From: Octopus bimaculoides
Taxonomy: Eukaryota
NCBI RefSeq assembly: GCF_001194135.2
Contig: NC_068982.1
Location: 121,547,844 to 121,611,843, forward strand
DNA: 64,000 nt
Direction: 5' to 3'
Shown: one piece after another, positions 39,640-52,750 of the stretch
Layout of the letters: each line of letters starts with the position of its first letter
Position numbering within the stretch: position 1 is the first letter of the stretch
Notes under the pieces: model-generated
Seen by the model: the letters and a program-made list of their open reading frames with translations, nothing else
Database searches by the model: none
What the model was told of the DNA's origin: nothing
Program-made: the position numbers and the translations under genes

Positions 39640-40280
39640 ACATCGCACAATAAAGTAGAACCAGGAAGAGGAAAGTAATCTTGCTTAATCCAACACAGCC
39701 TCAAGAAGAAATCATAAACACATGCAGGAATTTCTTAATTCTGATAAGGCGCCATTTCTTACTCTCACACAAATACTAAAAGCTCTTCTGTTTACACAAA
39801 GCTAAGGCTAGTTATTTTTAGTTACTGACACTATAACTTCCCATATAAAATACAACTGCAAACATATTTTCATACGATCAACTCTCCATCATCCATCCGA
39901 TAAATATCAAAGTCCATCTCCCTATCTGCTCAGGGAGCCCTGCTTCTCTGAAGGAGTGACCATTGAAAATTCATTTTTAGGTGTAGCTGCAGATAGTTTC
40001 AAGAACCACTTGCTTCTTTTAAAAAACCCCACTCATTCATATCAAGAAATAGACAAAATTTCACATCTGGGAAACTTATAGATCAGAGAATTACATGTTC
40101 TCTGTTAGCATGAAACTTCGTTGAAAGGGCCACTCTATTTTTTAACGGGTTACTAAACTTTACGCTTTGCCTGAAAAATTGTACATCTTTAAGAAACCTG
40201 TGACATTCCCGAACCGGAAATCAAAAGTGTTGTCCAGTTGTCGCTACCGGAGGAGGTATCTCTAAGAAAAATTCCCAGAC
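39640..40280 (+). mobile_element. Penelope-like relic (RT-EN linker and GIY-YIG)
   Basis: RKRKVI.LNP.., FLILIRRHF..SHKY, F.NHL.SFK...SHIWE.., CL.EKLYI, NRKSKVLSSCR. Confidence 0.65.
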
Positions 40281-40629
40281 TCCTGATATAGATTAACTTT
40301 AATACATTAGAACCATGTTCTCGGAGTACTGTTTCTTGACGGCGATAATCTTGAAATGAGTCTCTAAACACAGTAACACAAAACATAAATTCTACAAATT
40401 ACTACACAGTCCATGACTAAGATTTTAGCATTGAGTATTGATCATAAGTATCCTAAGAACATCACACCTTTCACCAAATTTATCCACCATATCATCTAAA
40501 GGCTCACTTGCAGTAAACTCCGCGTGTGAGATACAGGCGAGGAGCCATCATTAAACTAATTTATAATTTACACGTTGTCTCAGTACTTTAGTTAAATATT
40601 ACGTGCTTAAGTACCAAAGAAAGAGACAA

Positions 40630-40682
<53 letters not shown>

Positions 40683-40948
40683 GAGGAAGAGAGAATGAGG
40701 GAGGAAAATAAAGAGAGAAAGAAGAAATAGAGGTGTGGTTTATTGTTTTTTTTATACGCGTACTCGGCAAACTGTTTTAGTGGTCATGGAGGGTTTTTTT
40801 ATAATTATGCGACAGCAGCGTTGGTGATTGTTAATGGTGTCAATGGTGATAGTGGTGATGGTGCTGATGCTGAGTGTTTGAGGTTGAGGTAATAGCAATG
40901 TCTGCTTGCAAGTGTTAGCTACACTAACGATCAGAACTCACTCTCCCA

Positions 40949-40987
<39 letters not shown>

Positions 40988-41780
40988 CATGCACGCACGT
41001 ACACATATACGCACTCACGCACACACACACACACAGTCACACACACTCACACATATATAGACACTACTCACAAAATAATACATACACACATACATACGTA
41101 CGTACATTCATGCGCACACATGCAAAGAAGAATATGTTCTAGAAATGACGTCAGAGGTTGCACAATGAACGGTGGACAATAGAAAAGAAATAAAGAAAGT
41201 GTGGAAAAGAAAAACTTGTGCATTTCTGATTAATTTCTTGTTGAGACTGATTCCTACTTGATTAGTGCACATCTAAGCTGTGACTAAACAAAAGCAGCTT
41301 TTCAGATAGAATTTCAGAACTGATGATATAACCATAGAAATGCTGACATTTTCACTGAGCTTTTCCAGTTGAAATAATTAGTGTTTTCTGCAGAATTATT
41401 TGAAGTAGGAAGCACTGTTGTAATATATTGGCAGTAGAATCCAGAATAGATTAAAAAGTATATAATGGTAAAACGTTGGAAAATTCAAATATTCGAATCA
41501 CGTTGAAATCTCGTTATTGGTGAGAATTTCCGTCAGAATTTCTCGTTATTAACAGGACCAATAATCCCTAATTCCTAAATTCCATTTAGTTATAACAAAT
41601 ATGGAAATGCTATTGCGACAAATCAGTATGATTGTGGAAATTCAATTTCAGATTTCTTTTACAGCAACAGGAGAGTGCAAAATTATGACATCCATATATT
41701 TTGCTATGGTATTTACAAAACAAAATACTTCATGCTCTGAACTGAAACCGGATTCTGGAAGTTAAATGACTCCGATAGTA

Positions 41781-41782
<2 letters not shown>

Positions 41783-41853
<71 letters not shown>

Positions 41854-42121
41854 TGGCTGCGTCTCGTGTTTCCGAGCTTGCAATCCAGTTCATTTTCCTG
41901 GGTGTTTGAACCGCAGATGGCTCCGCAATCCAAGGGTTGCATGAAACATACGGGGACATTGTGGACAAGGGATAGAAGGGGTTGGTTTGGGAAGGAGAAG
42001 GCGCTGTTTTCTCTCCGGTCTCTTGAGTTCAGCTCTTGCGACTCGGGCTTTCTCGAAGTCCGCTGAACCCGTTTTGATGGTGTGTCTCCAGAGGGGTCTG
42101 TTTGCCGAGATATCCTCCCAG
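41783..42121 (-). mobile_element. 5'-truncated RTE-clade LINE with (CTA)n tail and 16-bp TSD
   Basis: HWEDISANRPLWRHTIKTG...CPQCPRMFHATLGLRSHLRFKH (RTE C-terminal zinc finger); TSD TGACTCCGATAGTATA at 41767-41782 and 42122-42137. Confidence 0.92.
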
Positions 42122-43467
42122 TGACTCCGATAGTATAACAAGTCGAGGATCAGCAAAATGTCCAGATGCAATGAAGCAGAAAAACCTGGATAAGATCCTT
42201 ACCATTGAACCTACCGCACGGTAACCAACTACTAATGAAGGAGACACAGGTGTTATAAATTTCAACTTGATGTAAAAGCAAATAGAAAAAATCCACATTA
42301 CTGCCAATATCACAGGTGTCTCACCACGAACAGCATCTTCAGCATTAGCAGCAGTAATAGTAGAAACAGTATCGATAAAAATAACAGCTACAACAGCAGC
42401 ATGAGAAGCAGCTGAAAAATTATTACCTGCACTCCCAACAAAGGAACAACGTTGATGTGCCCCTCTCCAAACTACACCACCATAAGCTCGAACACATACA
42501 AACACCCCACATATATGGAGCTGCCTCTCCTGTTCTCCGACTCCTTACCAATTGACGAAAGAGAGTAGGAGGGATAACTGGTGCAAGGTTTAACCCATTG
42601 CCTGTCCTGTACATCACATGTAATACGCAGAGCATATTTCCTGTAACTATACACGTTCCAAATTTTTGTTAGCCACCAGAGTAACTTGGAAAAGCTTATA
42701 TTTTTCAGAACGTATGAAACAAGGGCTAACTATAAATCTGAAAATAAGCATAGACTTTTAAGATAAACTTATGAAAATGTTTTGGATAGGTAAAAGCTAA
42801 GAACCGAAGGAGAAGCAATATCGATCTACCCACCACTACCACAGCAACAACAACAACAACAACAACAACAGCAGCAGTAATAACAACATAAAATCTTGAA
42901 TACCGGTTACCTGGTTGTTTTAGATGTAAAATAAAAAGGCTATCTTTCGCTTCTTGTTATCTATGACGACATTGCCACGCTAAAAGTTGTTTGGGTGAAT
43001 ATATGGTTGACATGGAAGTAGGGTTACTTTTTTTAACGACCTCGGGTTACAAGATATAGACATGTTTGCTACTAGCGAGATTAGGATTTCCAGGAATCGG
43101 GAAATCGTACTTCTGGTAGCTTATGAGGTGTATTCTTTGTTCGGTCGGCTCGAGTGGAGTGGAATGTCCACGTTGCACACTCAGTACATGCCTGTAGGTC
43201 GAGAGCAGGATTTTGAAGGAGTGTTATAGCGATGGATTGGCAGAACCATTAGGGCGTCAGAGAAAGTACCTTGTGGTATTTCTACTGGCTATGTTATGAG
43301 TTCAAAACCTTCCCTTTATCCTTCAGAAGCTGTCTACAGTCAGCAGACTAAGGTGACACTTGTTTATTGGTCATGCTTCGAGAACCCTGCTAAGAATTCT
43401 TTCAGTTCCAAGCAATGTTCATTTTTGTAGGTGTTCTACCTTTACATTTGTACCAATCTTTTTGAGC

Positions 43468-43559
<92 letters not shown>

Positions 43560-44263
43560 AATCGAGCGCTGACTTAAATACTTCGCACTTTTCAATCCTG
43601 TCACAGCTCGCATTTGAAACCTTAACCTTTCATATCAGGGGTTGACAGAATCGTTGACTGGATGAAATGAGAACTTCAATTTCTAATGGTTTGGTTAAAG
43701 TTAGCTTAATATTTGACCTCACCTTTGTGAGAAATTTGACTATATTTATAAACAAAAGAAATCGTTATTCTCCAAGACACACCCAAAAACTTCATTGTTA
43801 TGAATTGTTCCATAATTACGAAGACATTCAATTAAATATCTCATAAAATCTAAAGTATTAAGTTTGCCATTCTGATTGTCAATTTAAATGTCAGGCAATA
43901 GAAACAGTGATGGATAAATGAGAAACTTGAATAGAACAACGGAAGTATATCTCGGAAAACTACGATCGCCTTTAATAGAATATTTACAAGGGAGAGCCAG
44001 ACTGTTATTTGTTGCTGAAAATCTTATTGGCTCACAACCAATTTTCTTTTCCTTTACCATATGTCTGCGAAGATACTTTAGTTTATTCTAATGTTTTAAT
44101 CATTAAGTAACCTTTCACTAATAACACTGATACACCATATGTTGGCTTCTCATTATATTACTGCACTGATTCATTGGTTTAATGAGAAAACTGGTGCCAG
44201 TATCAACGATAGCCATCGGAGCAAATGTCTATATTGTCGTGCTACTTGTTAGAAATAACAGAT

Positions 44264-44649
44264 GTTGTTGTTGGCACTCCATCGCTTACGACGTTGAGGG
44301 TTCCAGTCGATCCGATCAACGGAACAGCCTGCTCGTGAAATTAACGTGCAAGTGGCTGAGCACTCCACAGACACGTGTACCCTTAACGTAGTTCTCGGGG
44401 ATGTTCAGCGTGACACACTGTGACAAGGCTGACCCTTTGAATTACTGGCACAACAGAAACAGGAAGTAAGAGTGAGAGAAAGTTGTGGTGAAAGAGTACA
44501 GCAGGGTTCGCCACCATCCCCTGCCGGAGCCTCGTGGAGCTTTTAGGTGTTTTCGCTCAATAAACACTCACAACGCCCGGTCTGGTAATCGAAACCGCGA
44601 TCCTATGACCGCGAGTCCGCTGCTCTAACCACTGGGCCATTGCGCCTCC
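44264..44649 (-). mobile_element. SINE family B, full length, 13-bp TSD
   Basis: TSD AGAAATAACAGAT at 44251-44263 and 44650-44662. Confidence 0.94.
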
Positions 44650-45989
44650 AGAAATAACAGATAAATCTCCCCTAAACAACACACTACAAACTTCAAAAAG
44701 GAAGGTCACACTAAACAATGTTGTTCTGGTTATACAGCATTATGTGATGCCTACGGTTGGAAAGTCTTTCTATTGCCTTTGTGCATATCTCTATCCAGTT
44801 GGAGCTGAATTAACAATAACAGCAACAACAACAATAACAATAACGATGACGATGACGACGACAACAGCAGCAGTTAGTAAAAGAGCCAATGTGATGAGTA
44901 CATCTAGACGGCCGCTCGACCTGCCAAATCTTCAAATCCCATCTTAGCGACTAAAATAGAAAGAACCCATTGAATACGTTGATCGAGGCTGACCTTGGGC
45001 TAAAGAACAAAAATGATAACACTGAAATCTATCTTACCACAGATTACCATTTCAAAAATGAAACGTCGTACATTAGTATATAATTGAGACGTATGGTACT
45101 AATGTTTCAGATGATGTTATTCATCTAATATTTCAGTTAGACGTGTAGTTTCTATGTTTTTTAAGGGGAATAAATATGTAGTTCCAAAGTTGGAAATGCA
45201 ATTCTATTGTATAGTGCAGAATCATTGCTTGACATGGAAGTTATATATAGGATATCTTAGCGAGAAATGTAGTTTTGATGTTCGTGGTGGAAGACTAACT
45301 TTTACTTATCCTTATAACTTAAACTCGGGTTTTTTCTTCAAGTGAATTGGAAGTAATTCAGCCCTCAACCGCTGCAACACTTCACATGCATAAGTAAGAC
45401 TTGCTGTAGATTGCTGCTATTCTGTCTACAAATACACACACATACTGGTACACATACTATCTTACAGTCTACCACCACTAGCACATGCTCGAAAAATGCC
45501 CGTTGTTCATTTGAATTTGCTATCGCTGTTGCACCCCCAGATATAAGTACTCGGTATATCCGCCTTTTTCTCGAGTTCTCTAACCAACTTAGCTCGTTCC
45601 TTTGAGGTCATCCTATACTTTTTCCTCACACAAGAGGTGCACTTCATCTTTGAACAGAAGCACAGATACATTCTTCAATAGGGATATGGCATTTTAGCCT
45701 TCTTAAGAAGTTCTACGAATGATATTAATACTACAAACACTATACTTGCCAGAGCTCACAATCTATGAGAGCAACTATTCATATAGAACAGATAGTAGAC
45801 TCCACAATCTCTAATATAACAACCATTCATATACAACAAATGATAAACCTCGTAATCTCTGATCTCTCAATGTAGCGAAACATTTATTATATCGACATAA
45901 CTGTATTCTAAAGACTGGTCATTTCCTTTGAGACCATGAAATACTTCATCCTTGAACATTAGTTGATAACCCTCAACGATGCTCACGTA

Positions 45990-46440
45990 CTTAAGACCTC
46001 ATTGGGATAGTGCTCACATTCATAGAGCTGTACTGCTATATATACTCGCAATAAAGTACAGCTCACATCTTCAGGACGGTCGCCTAGTATATACATACGA
46101 TGAAAAGCCACATTTATAGAACGGTGCTACTATATGTACGCGCAATGGAATACTGCTCATATCTATAGGATGCTGCTGTTATACTATGTATACGCATTCG
46201 AATACTGCTTAGACCAATGGGACGGTGCTACTATAAGCAGACATAACGGAGTGCAACTTAAATCTATAGAACGGTGCTATTGTATGCACACACATCGGAG
46301 TGCTGCTCACATCCATGGACTGGTGCTCGTATTGTATATACACACATTGGAATACTGCTTAAATCTAAAAGAATGGTGCTCCTACTATATCTACACAGAC
46401 TAGAGAACTGCTTATATGTATGGGATGTTGTTGAAGCTGT
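45990..46440. repeat. Diverged ~50-bp minisatellite, about 8 units
   Basis: Recurring ggtgcta(c)tatat..acacac.(t)ggaatactgct.a.atcta. Confidence 0.75.
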
Positions 46441-47441
46441 TATAGACATACAGACTTTCAAGATCTTGTTCCAAAGCTTAAGCCTCCTCACTGATTCACT
46501 TATCAACCCTCTACATACACCATTACTTTACTGTATCACCTGAACCTTCTGCTTCTTTTTTACTCTTTTCTCGTTATTATACCAGTTTCTACTCTTATGA
46601 ACTCAATAGCTGCTAATCTTCTTTCCCGACTCCACCACCTAATAAAGCTAACCCTCCGACCACTCCTAATGTATTTCATCTCACAAAGCCCTTTACGCAG
46701 TCTTTTCTTTCCTAATTCTTCTCCTCAGTTACATTATCTAGAGACGTCAATCTACAGATGTTCAAATTGAATGCCTGTTTTATGGATCCCAATATATATC
46801 AAGTTAACAGCTCTTTGTGAGTGTGTGAGTGTGAGTGAGTGTGTGTGCACGCGCGCATGCGTGTGCGTGTACGTGCATGTGCGTGTGCGCGTGTAAATCA
46901 GGCTAACACCTATATACATTTTATATATATTAGGTCAATAATTACACTGTGTAACAATTTTTTAATTTTTTTGTCTGACCAGTAAGTGTTATTTTTTATT
47001 TGCTTCTATTTAGAAATCAAAGGAAATGACTACTATTCCCTTCAAACTTTGCTTTCGTGACTTGGACATCAATGTTCTGAAACTGACCTATTTTCCATTT
47101 ATGACAGACTCAGCACTGAGTTGCTGTAGCAGAAATAATCGTTATAGCAAATATTCTGCTCAATACACAGATTTGTTTCTCAGTTACTTAACCACGTGAG
47201 CATGTCCCTTGGTGGACGACAATATGTGCGTCTCTGATCATGAGGGAGCACCAAAGCCATGTGTTGAGAGGGATTCTTTGGGATTTGAATAAATGTAACA
47301 AAAGCAAAGTTTGAAGGAAATATTAGCCATTTTTCATACTTTCTAGGGGTAAGCAAATAGGAAATAACAGTCGCTACTCAAGCACAAAAATCGTGTTACA
47401 CTGTGTTATATATACACATCAGTTATATATACACATCATTA

Positions 47442-47673
47442 AAGGCGGCGAGCTGGAAGAAACGTTAGCGCGCCGGGTGAAATGCTTAGCGGTATTTCGT
47501 CTGCCGTTACATTCTGAGTTCAAATTCTGCCGAGGTCGACTTTGCCTTTCATCCTTTCGGGGTCGATGAATAAAGTACCATTTACGCACTGGGGTTGATG
47601 TAATCGACTTAATCCCTTTGTCTGTCCTTGTTTGTACCTTCTGTGTTTAGCCCCTTGTGGGCAATAAAGAAAT
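47442..47673 (+). mobile_element. SINE family C, full length
   Basis: aaggcggcgagctgg...ttctgagttcaaattctgccgaggtcgactttgcctttcatcctttcggggtcgat...gcaataaagaaat. Confidence 0.93.
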
Positions 47674-49730
47674 ATATATATACAAATCAGTTTTGCAATT
47701 CTATAAACATCAGATTTTCGTATAAACACATTAACTTGAGAATGTCTGGCAAAGTTATATACAACTTTGGCCATCTGGTTTGCCAGCAATTCTTCCCCTC
47801 AAATATTTATAAGTAACTGTTCAACTATACTATTTCCCCTATATTATTAGGAATCCCTCATCTAGCCTTGTATTCATCAGCACAAATTCTTGCTCGTAAA
47901 ATTGAAGACCTAAGTCATGTTAATCTCCTTCGTTTTACCATGAACTCTCGTGACTTAGCTTAAAATAGCTTGAAGTCAACAAGTCTAGTTATCTAAAAAC
48001 AAAATTGACCGGCGTCTCCGTTAAGTTCCGGAGAGAATTTAAATAGGCAAGTCTTATTAGTATAACAACATGACAGTTCTAAAGTTATTTCCGATTTAAG
48101 ACGTCGTGTTTCAAGTGTAGAACGTGTTTAAAAATTAATATCTTTCTTGCTTTAGTTGAACATTCCTTCGGCAAAATAAAGACTTTTTTCAACAATAAAT
48201 GTCAGAATAGTTAATTTGAATAAAATGCCAATGTTCTCTTCCATTCAGTCCTCGATCTACTACGAACCAAATACACAAAATGTCACCCAAGCATTATAAA
48301 ACCAACGAAAAATTGGTACTCACTTTCATTATCATCATACAAACTGTGTCAGCGATGTCTGCGGGAAATTAAATTAAACAACATTATTTCAAATTCTGGT
48401 AGATTCTTCTTCCACAAATAAACAAATGAAGGTCTTTTTCCGTTTCTATTTTTCTTTTCTCCTTTTTTTACTGACACATTATGTGTAAATATGATTGTGT
48501 AACCATGGGTACAATTTCAGTAACGCATTTCAACAGAATGATACTAACAACCTATTGAAAATGTCTTCAATTCATTTTATTTTTACAATGAAATGCCAGT
48601 TTCCTGTCCAGGTGAAATAGCATCGTACATTTATTTGTATGACAGAACAAAGAATTCAGCTTCTTGGTGAAGGAAAAGCAGACGTGAAGTGGTTGAAAAA
48701 TGGAAGATGGTTTAAGACAAATAATAAGAAAATAGTGGTTTGAAGCCTGAAAGGAGAAAATAAAATATTATTGTTCTGAGACAATCAAGAAGAAACCATG
48801 CACGATTTATGAAAGACATGAAACAATAAATCCACTAGATTAGTTTATGAATGGTAAGAAAGTCGATTTGTCATGTCTGTAAATTGAATTCGTGCTGCCT
48901 TCTACCGAATTACCGTTTATGTACATGCTTTGTTTTCAATAACATAACTTGCTTCTTATCGCTTCAGTCTGTCAAAACTACATGGCTGTAAAGAATGGCT
49001 GTAATTTTCGAAGAAGCAGACGGTAAAATCCACTTTGGCTTGCAAATTGTCAGTGTAGGAAGTTTTCTAATTATTCTGACTGACTTACTGAATACAGTGA
49101 CCGACCATTAAGAGTTGTGTTTAGTATTCTCGTTACATGCGTGATTAGGTTCATGCGTGCATCTATGAGTGTGGTGTGGTGTGGTGTGGTGTGGTGTGGT
49201 GGTATGTATGTGACGTGGTGGTGGTGGTGATGTGTGTGTGTGTGTATGTGTGTGTGTGTCAGTACGCATGTATATTCTAGTTTATGTATTCTGTTTATAT
49301 TACGTATTTCTATTTGGCTGTCCATGTTTAATAAGCTGCTTAGGTACGAGGAGGAATATTTAGAAGAGATTCATTGAATAAACCAAACCAAGCAAGGTTA
49401 TATACTATTAAGTACTTCCACAACATTTGCCATGAACTTAACCATCTATTTATTGTCAACTACAGGTCACAGTTCACATTTATTTCTGCTTGTAACTTTC
49501 ATTTTCATTTCTACTAAATGAACAGAACAGGGGTATATTCTTCATGCATTATAAAATATAACAGTATTCTATACTCCTCTATAATGCTGCATTATATTAC
49601 ATTATATTCTACACTAGTGTATAATATAAAATAATGTACTGTACTACAACAATTTAATATATTGCATTATAAAGCGCACTGCACTATACAACAATACTAA
49701 GCAACCCTACACAATACTTCGCATTATATT

Positions 49731-50160
49731 CTTTTCTACTCTAGGCACAAGGCCCGAAATTTTGGGGGAGGGGGCAGTCGATTAGATAGACTCCAATACG
49801 CAACTGGTATATAATTTATCGACCCCGAAAGGATGAAAACCAAAGTCGACCTCGGCGGAATTAGAACTCAGAACGTGAAGACAAACGAAACACCGCTAAG
49901 CATTTCGCCCGGCGTGCTTACGTTTCTTATTTCTTTATTGCCCACAAGGGGCTAAACAGAGAGGGGACAAACAAGAACAGACAAAGGGATTAAGTCGATT
50001 ACATCGACCCCAGTGCGTAACTGGTACTTAATTTATCGACTCCGAAAGGATGAAGGGCAAAATCTATCTCGGCGGAATTTGAACTCAGAACATAAAGACA
50101 GACGAAATACCGCTAAGCATTTCGCCCGGCGTGCTAACGTTTCTGCCAGCTCGCCGCCTT
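49731..50160 (-). mobile_element. Tandem dimer of SINE family C within one 17-bp TSD
   Basis: TSD ATACTTCGCATTATATT at 49714-49730 and 50161-50177; full copy 49921-50160 plus head-truncated copy 49731-49920. Confidence 0.88.
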
Positions 50161-50189
50161 ATACTTCGCATTATATTGTACTACACTCA

Positions 50190-50400
50190 AGGTGACGAGC
50201 TGGCAGAACCGTTAGCACGCCGGGCAAACTGCTTTGCGACATTTTGTCAGTCTGTATGTTCTGAGTTTAAATTCCGCCGAGGTCAGCTTTCCTTCTCATC
50301 CTTTCCGGGTCGATAATATAACTCCCAGTCGAACACTGAGGTCGGTGTAATCGACTTACCTCTCCCCCGAACTTGCTATCGTTGATCTAAAATTTGAAAT
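50190..50400 (+). mobile_element. SINE family C, older copy
   Basis: aaggtgacgagctggcagaaccgttagcacgccggg... Confidence 0.85.
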
Positions 50401-51224
50401 CCTTATATTGTATTCCACTAGTCATGCTATTGTGTACAATAATACTAAACTATACTATACTATATTTATATGGCATTACAACAGTTATACAACGGTAAAC
50501 AATATTGCTATAATACTTCATTGCAATACACATTACTGTATTATACTATACTGTTCTCTGATTCGATACTCGAACGACTGTCTTAAGGTATGGGCAAAAT
50601 GGGCTGTTGCCAAAGGGCCTCGCTGGTGCAGGGGCCCAATTCTGATCAATGTGTGTTGTGACTGGCTGTTAATAAATATGCTGGAAGGTCTACAATGCCG
50701 CTAAGAAGATTCTGGATACCACACTGAGCTACAATATTCGATATGACGTTGTATCACACTTTTTTAACACACACTCCATTATTCTATGTTACACATTACT
50801 ACATTATTTCTACACTGAACTACAGAACTGTATTACGCTACATTTCCTTATATTAAAGAAAACACGTCATTCTTTTGAGGTCGATAATGTAAGCACCAGT
50901 CAAGTACTGGGTTCAATGTAATCGACTTGCCCCCCACCACTCAAAGTCGCTGGCTTTGCACCCAAATTAGAAAGAATGTATAAGATTATGTAATAATGAA
51001 CTACATTACACCGTGCGACACTACACAACTATATGCTGCACTATACTTTGTGACGCTACACAACATCGCTACGCTACTCTATACTATGTTGTTCTACGTC
51101 AAAATTTCACTATACTATCTTATGCACACTACACTACACAATATTACGTTACCCATACCGCCCTATACATTTCTGTACCTCTCAACGCTGTGCTTACTCT
51201 ATTCAGTTATACACATACATAACT

Positions 51225-51413
51225 GTTTCAAATTTTGACATAAGGCCGGCAGTTTTGAGAAAAGGAAGTCGATTACAGCGATGCCAGTACTTGAGTGGTA
51301 CTTATTTTATCGACTCCGAAAGGATGAACGGGGAAGTCGACCTCAGCGGAATTTAAACTCATAACGTAAAGACGGATGAAATGCCGCTAACGATTCTGCC
51401 AACGAACCGCCTG
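51225..51413 (-). mobile_element. SINE family C
   Basis: ggtacttattttatcgactccgaaaggatgaa...ctaacgattctgcc. Confidence 0.85.
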
Positions 51414-52159
51414 ATTTATACACATATATAATACAAGTTAATGAGGGAACATTGATATGACCAACTAGAAATAGCAACCAGATATCCCACGAAGTACACT
51501 CTACTGTCTTACATAACAATCCAAGAGGTTTTTTTCTTTAAAAAAATCTTGGTTATACCTTTAATGCCCTTCATAAGAGGAAGTGTTCGATCACGGTTGA
51601 CCTCGTCCTAAATAACAATACATATGTAAAATGAATAGAGGAAATTCAAAAGATCGGATAATATATAACAAAATAAAAATATGGCTTATCATTTTCTTTT
51701 AATTAAATACTAACAGTGAAAATAGATTTCGACTGTGACTGTTATTGCTGATAAAATAATGCAGCGGTTATTCCACAGCATGAAGTTTATGAATGCAGAT
51801 TAAATACAAAACTCTACATAGAATATCGTAGACAAAAATTTTCTAAAATTTACATGAATGCATTTGTGAAACTGTACATCTATATAAAAATTAGATAATT
51901 TATATTGGAAAGCGTTATGGTAAGACTATGTGGATATTTTTATGTTTTCATATCAATGGAAAATTTGGAAAATAAAGTTAAGTATGTGCAAAAAGAGAAA
52001 TGGGTATCATACAAAGTCAATTAGATAATTACATATTTACTGGCAGAAATTCTATCGAAGTTAAGCCGAGATAGAAGTTAACTACTACCAAGAGACAATG
52101 AAATACATGTAATATAACACCTGATGTATGACTCTATAAGAACATTAGGCTCCAAAGAT

Positions 52160-52221
52160 TATGTTCTTTTGACCAACCAAACGTTAATAATTATTAACGC
52201 TTGGTTGGTCAAAAGAACATA
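52160..52221. repeat. 62-bp near-perfect palindrome with no loop
   Basis: tatgttcttttgaccaaccaaacgttaataa|ttattaacgcttggttggtcaaaagaacata; one mismatch (52181/52200). Confidence 0.95.
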
Positions 52222-52706
52222 TGGCATGGTTTAACCATCATGTTGGCAAATGTTGACAACAGACATGACTTACTATATGTGAATTTGGTGACAGCAGACT
52301 TCATTACCTGCACTTCCAGAACTGGTCCAAACTTTATACACATAGCCAGTTAACAACTAAATAGAGATTCCCCTTCAAATTCAACATTATCAACATCAAT
52401 CTCGTCAACGTTCACCTCAAATTCATCAGCGTCATTCTCAAGTTTCGTATTGTCGCTCTCGATTACGTTGTTGTCTATCTTGATTTCGTCATCGGCAACT
52501 TAAATTTCCTCATTCTTAGATGGAGTGATGTTTCCTTTTTGGTTTATCAACAAACATTTACATCTGTGACTTCTCATCACAAAATTACAAAATACTGGAG
52601 ACATTAAAAAGTTTCCCAAAGGATTACAAGTTTTGTGTAATAAAAATGTCGCATCTTACATAACTGTATACATACTGAAATGTATTTGAGTGTGAGCGTG
52701 CGTTTG

Positions 52707-52750
<44 letters not shown>

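Larger units (their letters stand above)
49540..51230. repeat. Degenerate (ACACT/ATACT)-type pentamer low-complexity tract hosting SINE insertions
   Basis: Recurring tacact/tatact units between SINE copies. Confidence 0.6.

Noticed and set aside
40495-40545. Third hammerhead-like remnant (ctaaagg-CTCAC...GTGAG-atac) after the 39.6-kb Penelope
   Set aside because: Both core boxes are mutated; position is suggestive but evidence insufficient
42029-42505. 158-aa Ala/Val-rich minus ORF
   Set aside because: Antisense of (CAG/AAC)-rich low-complexity DNA running into the RTE; no domain
45990-46440. CRISPR-like periodicity
   Set aside because: Whole units are homologous and there are no unique spacers or cas genes; eukaryotic minisatellite
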